DNA from: Botryllus schlosseri
Lineage: Eukaryota
Assembly (NCBI GenBank): GCA_051294905.1
Contig: CM119372.1
Span: 29,762,001 to 29,826,000, forward strand
Length of the DNA: 64,000 nucleotides
Direction: 5' to 3'
Position numbers and translations under genes: made by a program. The notes under the pieces were generated by a model. It was given only the letters and a program-made list of their open reading frames with translations, ran no database searches and was not told where the DNA came from. Positions 38,101 through 53,100 of the stretch are shown piece by piece. Position 1 is the first letter of the stretch, and each line of letters begins with the position of its first letter.

Positions 38101-41100
38101 CTAGCAAAAGGTTGCCGACCCCTGAGTTAGGCGATTATTTTTTGACACTGCAAAAATTTGTCGAAATTGTAATGTTAGATAAAAAAAGTGTCAAAATTGT
38201 TCACGAATTCAACGCAGTACACACCGAACTTCGATGCTGCCAGCAAACAACTGCTTCTGTTGAAAGTTTTTCTTTATTCTTGCCAAACTACTTCGTAAGG
38301 ACATTCAATTCCAACCAAAAACGTAGAAAATTACTACAATTTCAACGGTATGTGCAGATATGCCTAATTTAAATAATACTTGAGTGCAAAATTTTGTCAA
38401 AATTAAGTTGTTTAATGTCAAAATATATCGAAATTTCCATATTTTAGTGCAAAATCCTCGTTTTTTTGTTAAAAAAATAATCGCTATTAGTGATGAGGAT
38501 TTGATGATCCTGTAAAATATGAGCTGATTAAGCTGATTGCACTTTTACGATGATTACTCTTACTCTGGCCACCTTTGGTGAAACTTATTAAATCCATGCT
38601 CCTGCTGTCACTGATGAGGGGTTTAAAGGTTAACTACCTCTTTAAGAGTATAGGTAATTTGCTCTGTCAACTTGAAGATTTTCTACTAGGCTCGAATTTC
38701 TGTTGGCTGGATGACATTAGCATAATTTGGCATTCCCACTTTCTGCATCAGGAAAAATAAACTTTGTGAAGAGCAAGTTGGGGATGGCGTTCTCCGCCGT
38801 GATAAGCATCATGGCGTCTCTAATGATGTCCGTCGGACTTTGCACCCTGTTCGGACTGAAGCCAATCTTAAACGGAGGGTACGATAGCGCTGACATTATG
38901 TGATTCTGAATTATAACCTTTTGAATTGTTTCAGGGAGATTTTTCCATACCTAGTGATTATAATCGGGCTGGAAAACATACTGGTGATAACGAAGTCAGT
39001 CGTGGCGACTCCCATTAACTTGGAGGTTGATAGACGAATAGCGTTGGGTCTGAGCAGAGAAGGCTGTTCAATCACCAAGAATTTGTTGCTGGAATTTATA
39101 CTTATCGGGCTTGGATTCTTTTCGTTTACACCACCAGAGATTCAGGTATGGTTTTTGAGATAGCTTTTAAAAATTTTGGTGTGTTTTTAGTAAAATTACT
39201 TTTGTGGTTAATTGACGAGGTCTATGTTGTTTCTTGCCAGTCTAATGGTTGTTGTTTTTTGAAATTGACTTCCCCACTGGGTGCTCAAAATTTCAGGGAT
39301 AGCATGGAGGGGTGGTGCAAGACTTAGAAAGCCTTACAAGGCTATTTCTGCACCTTCGTTGTCCAACGGCATATGCACAGATCTTGTGTATGTATATCAC
39401 GAGTCAGTGTATATACCGCGATAACGCCAAATACAAAAATACACACTCTCCTATCCTATTCCAATTCCTAATATCCTTGAAAGTTGAAACGTTCTGCTGA
39501 TTTAGTACTATTAAATCTGGCCATAATTGACATGGTATATGTTGTTTCTGGGTAATCTTTCAAGGTCTGAGCTATTTCTGTGCTATTGTTCTTTGAAATG
39601 TTGGGGGATATTGTGCAGAAACTTCTCATACCAAACCCGTATGCAAAACAACTGAAGTGCAGCATAGACTGCATACTTGGTTGACTTTTTGTGCGTCATA
39701 ACTACTGCACAATGTAAAATTGCAGTGCGAAATAGACTCGCTTCGCTGGTTTGGTTGCTTTAGGGATGTAATCCATCAGGTAATAGATTTGTAGTTCATT
39801 TTGAAACCGAAAAACTATTTTTATTGCTATGCAACTGTTGAGTCAAGGCCCGATAATTTGTGTACACAAAATGCATCATTTTCGAATCTCATGTCCATGC
39901 TAGGTGTTGGCCTATGACTCTACTCTGTCTTCTGAATCGTAGTTTCGATGTAGCCTCTGCTCCTATGACCTGAAAAATTTATAAGCCCTTGTTTAGCAAA
40001 CTTGAGATACTCATACACTATAATTCACTTTCTGACTGCAATGGACCTTCTTCACCTTCACTAGTTTACTAAAAGGGTTGTAACAAAGCTCCGAGTCACA
40101 ACTCAATCTCACTTATTATAGTTTTGACTCGAGCCAAGTCGAGCCATTTTCAATTCACCACCGAGCCAAGTCCGAGTCCAAGTCAGCTAGTTGATGGTCG
40201 AGTCCAGAGTCATAGTTTTTTGACTCGACTCCGAGTCCAAGTCATCATGTCCACTGTTCAGTAATCAGTTCAATTCGGTTCAAACCACTTTTTTCAACTC
40301 TGCTCGAGTGATATAGAATGGCTTGCATTCATATTATAGCAATTTTCCTCAGTCTTTACAGTTTCTGGCCCTATTTTCCAAGTATCATGGCTAATAGACG
40401 AAATACCAATAATGTGGTGATTTTGCTATTCTTCGATGTTACAATGAATTGTCTGTCTTGGCCTTCCTAGTCTCGAGTCATATAACTTGGTTTGAGTCAT
40501 GCACAATTACTCGAATACAAGTCGAGTCAATACAAAAATTGACTCTAGGTGACCTCGAGTCGAGTCATGACTCGAGGCATTACAACCCTGCTAAAACTCA
40601 ATCGGTATTCAGAGACAATCGGATGAACGATCGCGGTATTTTTTTTATAAATCGGTCTTCCTGCTAGAATACAAATAAAAATAGTTTGAACATAAGTTCT
40701 GAACACTTACCGATCTTGTGTTCAGGAGTTCTGCGCGTTTGCCGTGGTTGGAGTGCTCACTGATTCTTTCATGCACATGGTGTTTTTCACATCGGTATTG
40801 TCAATCGATATACGTCGTTTGGACATAAGCGAGGACATGTACACGCAGCCACGTGATAGCGACGACGAAGACGATTACGTCGGATGTTCGAAAAGTCTCA
40901 AGAATTTGAACGCGAACCACGAAAGCAAATCAAATCCGAACAGGAAGAAGTCCGTTCTGGGACAGTGAGTCTTTTGTTTGCTATGCTGTACTGGTGTGGT
41001 CTTGGTCGCCCAGACAGCTGGATAGAATAGCCATCATGGTTGGCTGAAATAGAGAACAGACGAATGTGGGATCGCTACTTCAGCTGTGCACAATGAGTCG

Positions 41101-44100
41101 AACCAAAGTCGAGTAGGAATTGTAATGATTCCAGTTGAGTAGTAATGACTCTAACGAGAGTCTATATTTTCAGGTGTTTAATATTTAAAACTAATATATA
41201 CGAATATTCTGGAAATGACATTTGTCAATAGTGATCGACTATCACGTAGGAACAGGGACATTGTATATTTTTGTCCTTGATGTTTTGGTGGCATCTACAC
41301 CGACTCATGATATACATGTACACCATATGTGCATATGCATGCCATGAGTGCATGATGTGTATTATGCACAGTGTATATGTTGCTGGACAAGGAGGGTGCA
41401 GATAATATTACAAGTCTTGCACCCACCCTTCCATGCTATCCCGGTAATGCTGAGAGCCAAGCGAGGAAGTCATGGATACCAGTGTCAGTGTTACTAATGA
41501 GGTCTTTGCTTTGTCCCGGCCGGGGATCGAAGCTGGACGCTTCACAATTACGCTAACTTGTCGCATGGTTTGCGAGACTAGCGATGTAACCATTGAGCTA
41601 TGGTGGCTGACAAGTGTCAAGTAAAATCTAGAGAAAAAATGGTGTAAAATGGGGTAGGCTTGGCAACTCCATGCCAGCCACCTGTTCACGCTTAACCAGC
41701 AATCCCTGAATTCCCGGAATTGACCTATTTTTTTAGTGCTATGCAGAAATGTAAGGAATCAGCAGGAGACATAGAATCTATTTATTAAATTTAGAAGTTT
41801 GTATTCCATGACTCAATATTCCTATGTATTGTGGCTGAGTGTCTTCTTCATAGAACTCATTTTGGTTCTTCAATTAAACACAGCAAGCAACTATATTTTG
41901 AATAGTAGGAATTTGATACTCCCTCCTAATTTAATGTTACTTTCAAAATACTGGAGGTATCTTTGAGCTTCTGAATGGAAATCAATTAAAACTAGCTTTT
42001 CAGAGAATTGTGTGGATGTGCTGGCTTGAAAATAGTAAACCGTTGACAGGTGTAGGCACATACAGATGCGATAAATACATCTAATTGCCTGCCAGTGGTT
42101 GTGTATTAGAGTTATTGCATTTTAATTGGATTTCAACAGAAGTTTTGAAACCTTTATTCAACGGCTTCGATGTGAAAGTAAAACGAAATGGAAATAGACT
42201 TCAATTCGAATAGTTTTTACTACTGGTAATGGAATTATATATTGCAGAAGCTAAATCAGTTCCAGACAGAAGTGAGAAAAGTGACTTATTCGTAATAAGC
42301 TATATTTCAAATCTCAGCTGTGTAGAAGGTTTCAGTTAATTCCAACTCAGATGTTCAGCCTTATTTTTCGATTTAGTAAGAACAGCCTTCCTGCCATGAA
42401 TAATTCAAGTGTAAATGCAGATTCGCGATAGACAACATATATTGGATACTCTTGCAATGTCTATGGCTGTAGGTATGTATTTCCGCAGTTATTTCAAAAG
42501 CTGCAGTCATGAAATGACCCATGAAACAGATGAATCATTTCATAAAATTGGCACAACTGATCTGATCAAGCGGTTTATCCATGCTATGTTCATGGTTCAG
42601 TTGTGGAATTCCCACTTTGATGTCGAGTTCGAATTTGATTCTGATAGCTTGCCGTGTCATGATGCAATGTACAGTATCGAGCATTGTACAATTTAAAAAT
42701 TTTATTTGGCCATTAATTTCTCAAAGTATATTTGCTATCACTGTGTAGTGTGTATTCATCAGTCCACATCAATTCGGCAATGTGCGCAGTGAAGTTTAAC
42801 TGCAGTACCGGTAACTAACTATTGTGTTTGAATTTCAAACTCCGACACAAATTTCAACAAACGCACATTTTTAGTTGCATCATCTTAGTACGTTTATCTT
42901 CATAAGGCACACAATGTGGTGTGATACACGAGACCCAGTGATGCACACAATGTGGTGACTGGTGTGATACACGAGACCCAGTGAGATGTAATTTACAGGT
43001 AGGATAATATCAAAATGTCCAAGTGCAGTCTCACAATCTCACATGCACCCTGGCCTATTGGTATTGCTAGTATTAATCCTCGACGGAGCACTGTTCGATC
43101 CTAATCTTTCGGGTGATTTTCTTTTGACGCTTCCTGTCTTTTTTCGCTCTCTTCCTTGTACTTGTCCTTCCTCAGCTCTTTGCTTGGTCTCTTTTGTAAG
43201 GACGCTAGAAGAACAGTTGCCTATGGGAGCAAGATTCCTGATAAACCTTTGACAATTCAGAGGACTATAACTTGGTTTGGAAAAGAATTTATTTTTGACA
43301 CTTGGATTTTTGTTTGGAAAAAAATTGTTTTTGGGTAACTTTACATAACTTTAACGCATGAAATGTTATAGCAACTGAGTGAAATAGCCCCTGCAGACCG
43401 CATCACTGCAACTTAATATATTTTAGCTATTGCAAGTATTTGTAGGGACGGACATTGGCCTTTTGCGTTAGTTGTAAAGATACACCCTGTAGTTTCTAAA
43501 GGAAAATTTTACAATTCACTGCTAAAAGTATACGACCCGCATGCAAATCAACATTTTAACACTACTTACTGATACTTGAGAACTTTTGAGATCTTGGCAT
43601 TGCCGGTTTTAAGGATTCCTGGAATCGAAGAAGAGCTAACCAAAGTATTATAGCTGGCTGTCTAAGTAACCTGAAAGCCCTGTCCTGGGTGTATGAGATC
43701 TTCTTGAGCCACAGCTGTTACTCGATACATGCGAATATATAGCAGACGTTGATGCAAGTAGGTTAGCAAATGAATCTCCCTGATTCTCTCGAGTCTTGGC
43801 ATTTTATACTTGAAGTATATTACGACAGGATGTAATAATCGATTGCCAGAATACGGCTTGATAAATACATGAGATATAAACCTCATGGATGGACGATCAA
43901 GGGTCTGCAGTATTCTACTTCCTCTTGGAAGTAGTTTTGACGGGTTTTTGAAATCTCTACTTCGACTTGTAAGTGAGTAGAAATTTCTTGCGCTACGCCT
44001 ACCTCTACTTGTGTACGATCGCTGACTACTTTGACCAATTCTTCACGGCTAACGGCGAATATAGCATTAAGTTTTCCAGTTACGTATTAGACTTACCTAA

Positions 44101-47100
44101 GATTTAAATATAATTCACTCTTTGCGCTCATGTTCAATTTACCTTTTTGCCAGGTTGCGAGCCTCTACGAAACGTAGGCAGCGGAAAAATTCTGACGAGA
44201 TTCACAAAGTGGAGACTGGAGGCAAACGCGTGACCATTTTGAAGATTCCAAAACGATTGAGGGTGCTCTTCTTTTGGGCCGACACCAGAATGGTTCAAAG
44301 GGGTTTGATGGTGGGTCCTTTTTCCGATTTTCATTTGCGAATTAGAATTCTTGAAATGCAGCGCGACAATCCATTGTGAATTTGAGATGAAATGAAAACG
44401 AATGATGTCTCAATGTGCGAGTTGAAAATGAATGTGTTTTGACATCTGGTTAAACAAACCACTGACTGCAAGGTCCTCATGCTTCTATAGTTGGCATTGT
44501 CAGATAGCAGTCCTGTTAGGATCAATCACATATTACCTAGCAATTAGGCGGAGGTAGTATAGGCCTGCCTCTTTGCTGATGCTACTGAAACGGAATGCCT
44601 TACAAAGCAGGCATGTATATTTAATGTTTGGTGTGAATAGCACCTGTAATAGTAGCTGGGGTGTTTTAAAACTCCAACTGCAATCGATCTCCTTTACAGA
44701 GATGTAACGTAGAGGTGCATTGTCGTAACTATTTTCTGTGATACCGCACAGTAGTCTTCGTGGTTTCGCTTGCAAATCTATATAGAAACTTGGTTGGAAT
44801 AACGGCCATAGTTGTAGCAGCTAGTGTTTTTTCATAATTCTAATTGCCATCCGTCTCCTTTGCTGAGGCAGAACGTATGATGTTGCTACTGAAAGGTGTA
44901 TTTTCGTAACTATTTTATGGGATGGTTAACAGTAGTAGCGACGAATCCACTTGCAAACCTATATTGAAACTGACTCATTTTCTGCCAATTATGCGCTGAG
45001 AAGGGGAAGAATTAAGTCACAGTCTTGACTATTTCTCTTTAAATTTTTTCAGTAGGCATAATTGTCTCCTGGCTCACTGATATTTGGTCAAAATTTTGCA
45101 TCCATGCCAGTATTTCACTGAGACGTAGGTCAATATTTTGGGACAAAAAAGGAACCATGCGCAAAATACGCCGACGTAGGCCCTTTCCAATTTTCATATA
45201 CCTCAAGTGACAATCCCATTTATCCTTGTGATTATCTCCGTACATGCAACTTCCAATTCATATTGAGCTATGGCTAGGGCTGAGCACAACGATTCGAGAT
45301 GGCTAATCCGAGAGTCGAGTCGAGTAGTGGGGGTCCATTCTTTCAGGTAACGAAACTTGATGCTTTCACACCAAGAATAGGATTTCACCAATGAAAAATA
45401 TAGTGTCAATGGTCAATGCTTCATTTGCCTACCAACGGAGGAGTCTGAAAAAGGTACCGTGATGATCGAGCCTCACTATGGGCCTATGTATGGTGAATTT
45501 CTGAAAACATTGAACATGACATCAGGGCCCTTCTTATTACACGGTGAACGATGTAGAACTTTTTCAGATATATTTCCATGTTTGTGATCCCAATGCTAAT
45601 ATAGGGGGAAAATATATTTCCAGGTGTGCCTGGTGATATGGTTTGCGCTGGTCATGTATGGCGACCCGCTCGGTAATCGTCAGTCGAAACCCGCCACCCA
45701 GTCGCCCGTTGAATTCCGGCTATCGACCGTGCCTCCAGACGGGAAATACGCATCGTACCGGATGTTTAAAGACAGAGCACAGGTACGGTGAAAAGGGAAT
45801 CTGCGTAAATTTTGTGTCATTCTACTTATTTCCTTGCTGGCCTGGAGATAGCGTAGGATATGATTAGTCATATCTCCCTCAATGTACGATCTTGGAACTT
45901 GGAAAGTAGATAGGGAATTTAATATTGTCAAATACTGTTCTGGACATGAGATTTCAATCTGTCAGAATTCTGAATTCATTTCGTATCATGCACAACTCAT
46001 TAGTCTCATGGAAATGAGCAGAAATTACATGTTCCTGCCCAAATACTGATGCATAATTCATTCATTAATCATGAATGTAATTTTGATTCAAATCCGGCCA
46101 AAATCTTCAACAAATCTGATTACTTTTCAAATCAATGCTCATCTATGACTCATGGGCACGGATGGTTGAAATAAGTCTGACAGAAACCTGGGGTTTGCTA
46201 GGAATTCAGCGTATAATCTCAAACCTAATCCAGTTTGTCAAAATACAGTAGGCCTAATCCATATCCTGAATTGGTTCCAAATCTAATCTTGCAACCCCTA
46301 TTGCAGGTAGCCGACAATGGATTTGTTAAGAAAGGCAAGCTGCCTTGGAATAAAGCCGACTTGCAGCTTTACCGACGTTTGTCTTTCCGCCACTGGCCTA
46401 CCCTGTTCGCGTACTATAACATTACTCTGGCCGGAAGGTATGTGGTTTCAGGCTTCTTGGTGTAATGAGTAGGCGAAACTCGGGTGAGCGTTGATTGAAA
46501 TGAACTTGTACAGTGGCTTTCAAATGTTCAAATTACTCCTGTCCTGTATCACTTTTGCCATAGAATAGCATATATTGGTTACCGGGCTGCTTGTGGGAAA
46601 GGCTATTAGGCATAATCATTTTTACCATACCTCTCTGTGTATTACGTTTTCCGCATCCAAATCATATTATGGATTTGAATTCCAAAATCAAAATCGCAAT
46701 CTAGTCCCATGAATTGATTTTGCTTATTCGCCTGGTCCAAGAACGAATCTACCGTAAGTCACATGGAAATTAGAATAGGACTCGAAATTCCATGCATGAA
46801 TCTACATCCAATCCTGCTTATGATATTTGTAAATTGGAGCCAATGCTCAATGGTGATATTTGGTATAGGACCAACTAATTTTAGTCAAGTTAATCGTAAG
46901 ATTTTCATTTGTTACGATGCCTTCATACGGTAAATGCCTTAGCCTGGTCAGGATATTTATTACATCCATTCACCACAAACAGTAGGATATTTTCGATAAA
47001 GCTCAAAGTCCCTATGAACTTGACGCCTTTAATGCTATTGATTTGGCTTGCAAAAAATCTACAAATAATATAATTTCCTGTTGCTCCAATCGATATGCAA

Positions 47101-50100
47101 AGATTAAGTCGTTTTCTGTAAAGCTCAAAGGATTATTGTCTAGTGATTGATCAGGCCTATACTGCGAATGCTGGAGCATTTTCAAGGCGCAGAAGCCTTA
47201 ATTGAAAGCTTTTTGACTTCGACACGAACTGTAGAAAGTAGTTTTAAGATAACTTTGCATCAGTCCTAGGAGTGAAATGACCGTAATATGCGTGTTAAAT
47301 AGCCCCCATGTCACAGTAACTGACTGTATTTTTGACGACAGCACCTATTCTTAGTGTCGTCGGTCATTTTGTGTTCGTCGCGGAAAAGGATTTTGCAATT
47401 TGCGAAGTAGCCATCTCCGAGTGACTGCTAAAAGTGTGCGGCCCCACGGCGAAATCTACTTTTTGAAGCCACATTATGCTCAAGTGCTTTCAACGCCTTC
47501 CATTTTCTGCTTCCGCTTTGAGTAATTTTAGGATTTCTCGGAAATTGCTATTTTTACTTGTAATTCAGTAGACATTTACAACATTACTTCTTCTACTTGA
47601 TTAGTAACGCTAACTATTTTCACCACTACTGTCCGTCTCGCCTACTCCTATGAAGGCCCGTTTCCATCGCAGGTTTGTCAGCATCTTGCCAACTATTCCC
47701 ATTTCCGTCACGATTCCGCCAGAAGAGGTTATCAAAGAGAAGGGATCGCACGGAGACGGAAATAATCATGTCGCATCACCATCTGGTTTGTCTTTATTTT
47801 GTGTTTTTGCGATTAACAGAGTATACGTTTTTGCCAGCACCGGTATAACTGATATTGCCAGTTTGACGCAGTATTTATTTTCGGGATAAAGTCATAAAAT
47901 TTTACTTATTTGTAACTGGATTCGTTCCATTGGAACAAAGTTTCAATCGCTGAGTGACAGTCGCGATCATGTGCGATGCAGTTTTCGATGTTTTCACATG
48001 ATTTCCAGCTAATGAACTGTCACGAGTCCTAGTGTTTCATGTTATATATCACCGAGAAAATCTTACAGCAAAATATCGGGTGTCTAGTCCTTGGCAATCT
48101 CGTCATTCACTTGGGCTCTTGACCCCACTTGAATTATGCCAAAATCATTGAACTGCAACATACGCATTAGCACTACAGGTCATGCAGTATGAAATTTCAC
48201 TTCTACTAAACAGTTTCTAGGCAAAACTTTTCAATACTTAAGCTACTATACATACTTTGGGTTTTGTAAATTGGAAAATAGTTATGGTAGGCTATATGTT
48301 TGCATTTGCATTTGTGAGCAGCTCGTCGTAACTGCTCTGAGATATAGTCTCAGTATTGTGGTAACTGATTATATTTCTCTTGTGGTGTCATCGGTCATGT
48401 AGATGTAATCGTTGAGATGCAGGCTTGCCCTGCAATTCCAAAAGTAGCCACCATCTATCAACCGCTAACGGTATATGACCCTTCGACCAGATCTACTTTT
48501 GAAACTACTTACACAAGTAGGCTACCGTGCTTTCAGTCCTCCCTTCTCGTATACTTGGAATTAAGAACAAATCACTATGCTATTTCCGCTGCCGCATCGA
48601 GGCTGACTACGTCAAAAGAATTAACGCCCGTTCGAAATAATCTGAGACGGTCACCGCTTTGCATTCCATTCCCCTCGTACTTTTGTGACGCTCATTCACA
48701 AGGCTGTCATGTTTTGCAGACTCGTCGCAAGACGACAGCATGAGTCAGCAGATCTCGCCACTCCATTACCCGATGACGGGCCTGGACTATTACCTGACCC
48801 TGCTCGTCGGCGCCGTGGCCGGCATGCTGATGGTCTTTTTCCTGACCGTCATGTACCGGTGCATTTGCACGAGAAATTACGCCAACTGGCGAGCTCAAGG
48901 GAAGAGACAGACACGCTCGGGAAACACCAAGTACAAAAGCTCTATCGGCGACACGATACCTTTGGTGCTGACGGGACATCCGCAGGTATGCGTGGGCAGC
49001 AGTCAGGCTCGTAATGCCGATGCAAAATAGTATTCTTCGGTGTCCTTGTCCCTTATCCCTTGTAAAACATCACTAAATCAACGGCTTGGTTTCGTTCAAG
49101 AGATATATGGAAACTGATCATTTCCATGTATAAGCGTCAAAATGCGATGCTATTCAATTTTACGAAGCACAAAAAGATATTGTTTGTTGCACATTGGCGG
49201 ATATCGCCACTATGCATTTCATTTCATTGTACTTGAACAAGTCTTACTGGTGAAATAGCAATTGCATACCGGTACATAAAAGACTGTTGTTTCAGGCATT
49301 ACAAAACATTCGAACTAATATTGATTGTGTAAATACTGCACGTGACCTAAAATAGCTCTTAAACTTCGGATGATGCATCATCTTAACATGTCCTTTGACA
49401 GATGATGTTGTTTTAACGGAGCCTTTAGGGCGCATGTGCAGCCCTGGCAATTACGAGCGTTCTGGTATTGGAGCATATGGACAGAAAAATTGATATCACA
49501 TAGCGTCACAAATACCAAACTACAACCTGATTAAGTCTCAAAGTAGCGAATCAAAATTTGAAGATTTTTCATTGATTTAATGAACAAAGACGACTGCTGT
49601 TATGTATTCATTCGGCCCTGAAATCTTGGAAATTAATGTTATTCCGCTGGCTACTCTGCAGAAGTAATGGAGCTATGTATGAACTTTGTGCGTTGTCATA
49701 TGGTTGTAGCGTTGGCCTGCCTTGCAAAGTGGTTTACTCGAGCATCATTGGGGATTGTGGCATTTAGTAAATACTAAATAGGAAATATTTACAATTCCAA
49801 ATTCTATATTCCTCGTGCATGAAGGAATCCATGTGTCTGGTACTGTCACCAACACCGATACATCCAAAAGTTCTTGGAAATTGAAAATGATGAGGAATTC
49901 ATGTTCAAATCGAAATCCGCTTCAATGAAGTCGAGAAACTCATCTTCATATATGATTTTACATCAATTTTTCCGTCTGTGTGCTCACATTCTAGAACCCT
50001 CTTAAAAGCCAGGTCTGTGTCGGTGCCCTGCAAAGGTACGGTATGTTGGAACAACATTTTGGCCTACACCTACCGCGGGGTCAACGAACGTATGTTAAGA

Positions 50101-53100
50101 TAAAGCACCATCCGAAGTTTTAGCAACACTTTCAGGTCACGACGAGTATTTACAGCCAATATTAGTCCAATGGTTTTGTAATTGTTGAAACAAAAGTCTT
50201 TCATGTCTGCGATTACCATGTCTTGTTTAAATATGTTGAAATGACGGCATAGTAGCGATGTATGCAAGTAGGCTATACAACAAACAATATGGGTTTGTGG
50301 TTTGATAAAAAAAGGAAATAACATTGCATTCGGACACCTATATTATGGTACTATGAGTTTAGGTAAGTGATTTCTTGAAACTAGATTTCTATTGGAAGTT
50401 TGGATTGGATATGGCATTTCTATTAATTTTCCAGTTATCATGCAGCAATTTTGGTCATTGTTGCATTTTGAATGGGCTTGAGTGGAATTCGAACATGATA
50501 CAATGTGAATTTTGCTTATCCACTTGGATTTAACTCTAAGGGCGGAGAGGAGATACTAAAGATAAAGTTGGATTAGCAATAAAGTCTATTATCGCGTTCA
50601 TCAGGATTTATCAACCCAGGATTAAGCAAAACCGGTTGATCGCAGCGCATAAAACTTAATTATCTCTGCCCTAAATACTGGATTTTCCTTTGAAAACAAC
50701 AAATCTGCTCTCTCTGCAGCTGATATTGATAGGCACCCAGCGGAATTTAAGTTTCAACATATAGTACTCTTTTTCTGTATTGATTGTTAAGCGGCTTATT
50801 CGCGATATATCTGGTTTACAGGTTGTCGATTGCATTACCTGCGACTATAACCTGCTGGCTTCTACCGACCTCAGCGGCGAAATCAGAGTTTGGGACATCC
50901 ATACCGGCACCTGTAACTGCGTTATCAGGCGGTGAGTGATAGTGCGATCTGTTACATAGATAATTCTACGAAAAAAATTACTGTAATGACAGGAGATTTC
51001 TCCTGACCCATATCTGATTTTTGCCTGTATATCTTGTATAGGTAACGTTCATCGTATCACACTAATCCCCAATACCCGATATTGGTCTATTATTTCAGAT
51101 TTTTGCTGTTAAAGCATCATTAATTGTCATTTTTGTAGCCCTCCAACCAAGTGCCGATGAATTGTGTGTGCGTCTATATGGTATTCTGGATATGTGATTG
51201 GCGGTACTAAACTTGAATTTTGCTTTCAGAACCGTGACATTCATTGCAGTAGAAGTTATTAGACTTTTTGTGTTCCCCTTATCAAGAGTTTATCATAAAA
51301 TTACAAATCCTTATTTATGCCTGGCAGAAGGAGTTTTTATACAATCTTAAAATTTTCCATCAATATATACCACTAATTGTCTATGTAACGTCTTCCGTGT
51401 ATTGTATAATTTGTTTTTCTCTCGTCTCTTTGTTATGGCTACCAGTACAGCTGACTTTGCCTGGCATTCCTTGTTATTATTACATTGCTACATTATTCTT
51501 TGCCGATTTGGTTTTATTTTTAAATTATTTTAATATGCTTGCTATTGTGCCATTAACTCTTGATAAGGGGCACACGAAAAGTCTTCGAGTTCATTAATTC
51601 TTCTGCAATGAATGCAGCCCTGAAAGCAATATTGTATTCCTATCCAATCCTAATTATTTCAGAAGTCCTGTTACTTCAACCGTCAAACAATTTTATATCC
51701 AGAGGTGGTCAGTAACGAAGTACCTCTAATTTTTTGAAAATATTATTTTGTTGTCCCAGCACACAGTTCCGTTCCATTGAAACATCTGTCAATATTCTAC
51801 CTGTAAACACCAATTGATCAAACTCTTTGGTGTACGCAGGGTGAACGTGCCCCCGCCTAAACGTGACCCCGCAGAAGGTGCCATCGATGCAAAGCCAACC
51901 CCTGTCGGTTATCAAGAAAGCGACAAATATTTTTCGCCACACGCTACCCAGATTACGAAAGGTATAGTAGATTTGGCAGAAGGGGAATCGACTTATTGCA
52001 ATATTATTCTCAGAAATGGTAGCAATTTCTACATTTGCGATGTCAGTTATTAATGTAGGCCTATATGAGTTCACATATCTCAGCCATCTTGAAATTTACT
52101 CACGGTGACTTCAAGGTGATAATAATAGTCATTGGCTCGACTGATATCTGTGTCTGTTAAAATGTTGGTACTGGCCTGTCCAATGACGTCATCACTCCTA
52201 CAAGCGTTCCAGTGAGAGGGCCTTCAGTACGGTACTCTTGGATTGATTTGTGTGGGCCGTACTAGTGTTCACTTCTTGGTGAAAAGTGCTATTTCTCCAA
52301 CTATATGTACACCTCTTGGTTGTTTGACTTGAAGTAGCCTACTAGTTTCCAAGTGAGCTGGATTTGGATAATAAATAAATGAAGTTTATAAGGGAGATAA
52401 TCTGCACATTGCTGCCCGCTAATTAAAATGTCCAATCACAGTATGTCACATTCGATATCAGCAGAAAGTTTTGGCTCCGTGCGTTCAGTCGCCTAAAAAT
52501 TCCGATATCAGTCGGACTCTAATCATAATATGCGAATATCTTCAAGCCCATCATGTCGGGTTTGTATTTTGTCAAGTATAAAGGACTTGAGCAAACTGAT
52601 GTGCACTGAGAAATGAAGTCAATTGAAACTGAAAAGCATCAAAAATACAGTTGCCTGGCAGAGTTGAAATGAATGTTTTGCAATGTTATCTTCATAATAT
52701 CTTGTGCATTCCAAATCGGCGCCATGTTATTCCGGATGATAACAGATATAGGATGTATTTTTTGTCAAGGTCATTCGCGACAGAAATCTTGGCACGAATT
52801 ATCGAGATCGGCTCATCAAAGGAGCAGTTCCGGCGTTATAAACATCCCGTCGTCGTCCGAACTTCGACCCCAGTCTGTCAAAGGAAGTCACTCTCCGCTG
52901 GGTGCCGAGATGGACTACTCGTACAGCATCAACACCGATTTCGCGGGTCAAGCGGAAAGTACAAAATTGAGAAGACGGCGTGATACGTCATTTTCAAGGT
53001 GATTGTCTGCTGTGTAACGATAGGCCAGTGTATCGTAAAGTTATAAGTTCAGGAACTCGGGTCAGGCTACTAGTGTTCCAGCAAAGAAAATTATACAATC

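Noticed and set aside
38784..38795. Natural L315F sterol-resistant SCAP allele (GMAF)
   Set aside because: Counting from Y298 of YIYF, position 315 is Met here; the Phe corresponds to position 317.
40090..40580. CRISPR-like repeated motifs (also the AGTAGAAGTA arrays)
   Set aside because: Eukaryotic context; the short irregular motifs are transposon subterminal repeats, not repeat-spacer units.
43040..43340. Purine-skewed minus-strand stretch in SCAP intron 9 as a nested gene or TE ORF
   Set aside because: Short, with no start or splice support and no recognisable domain.
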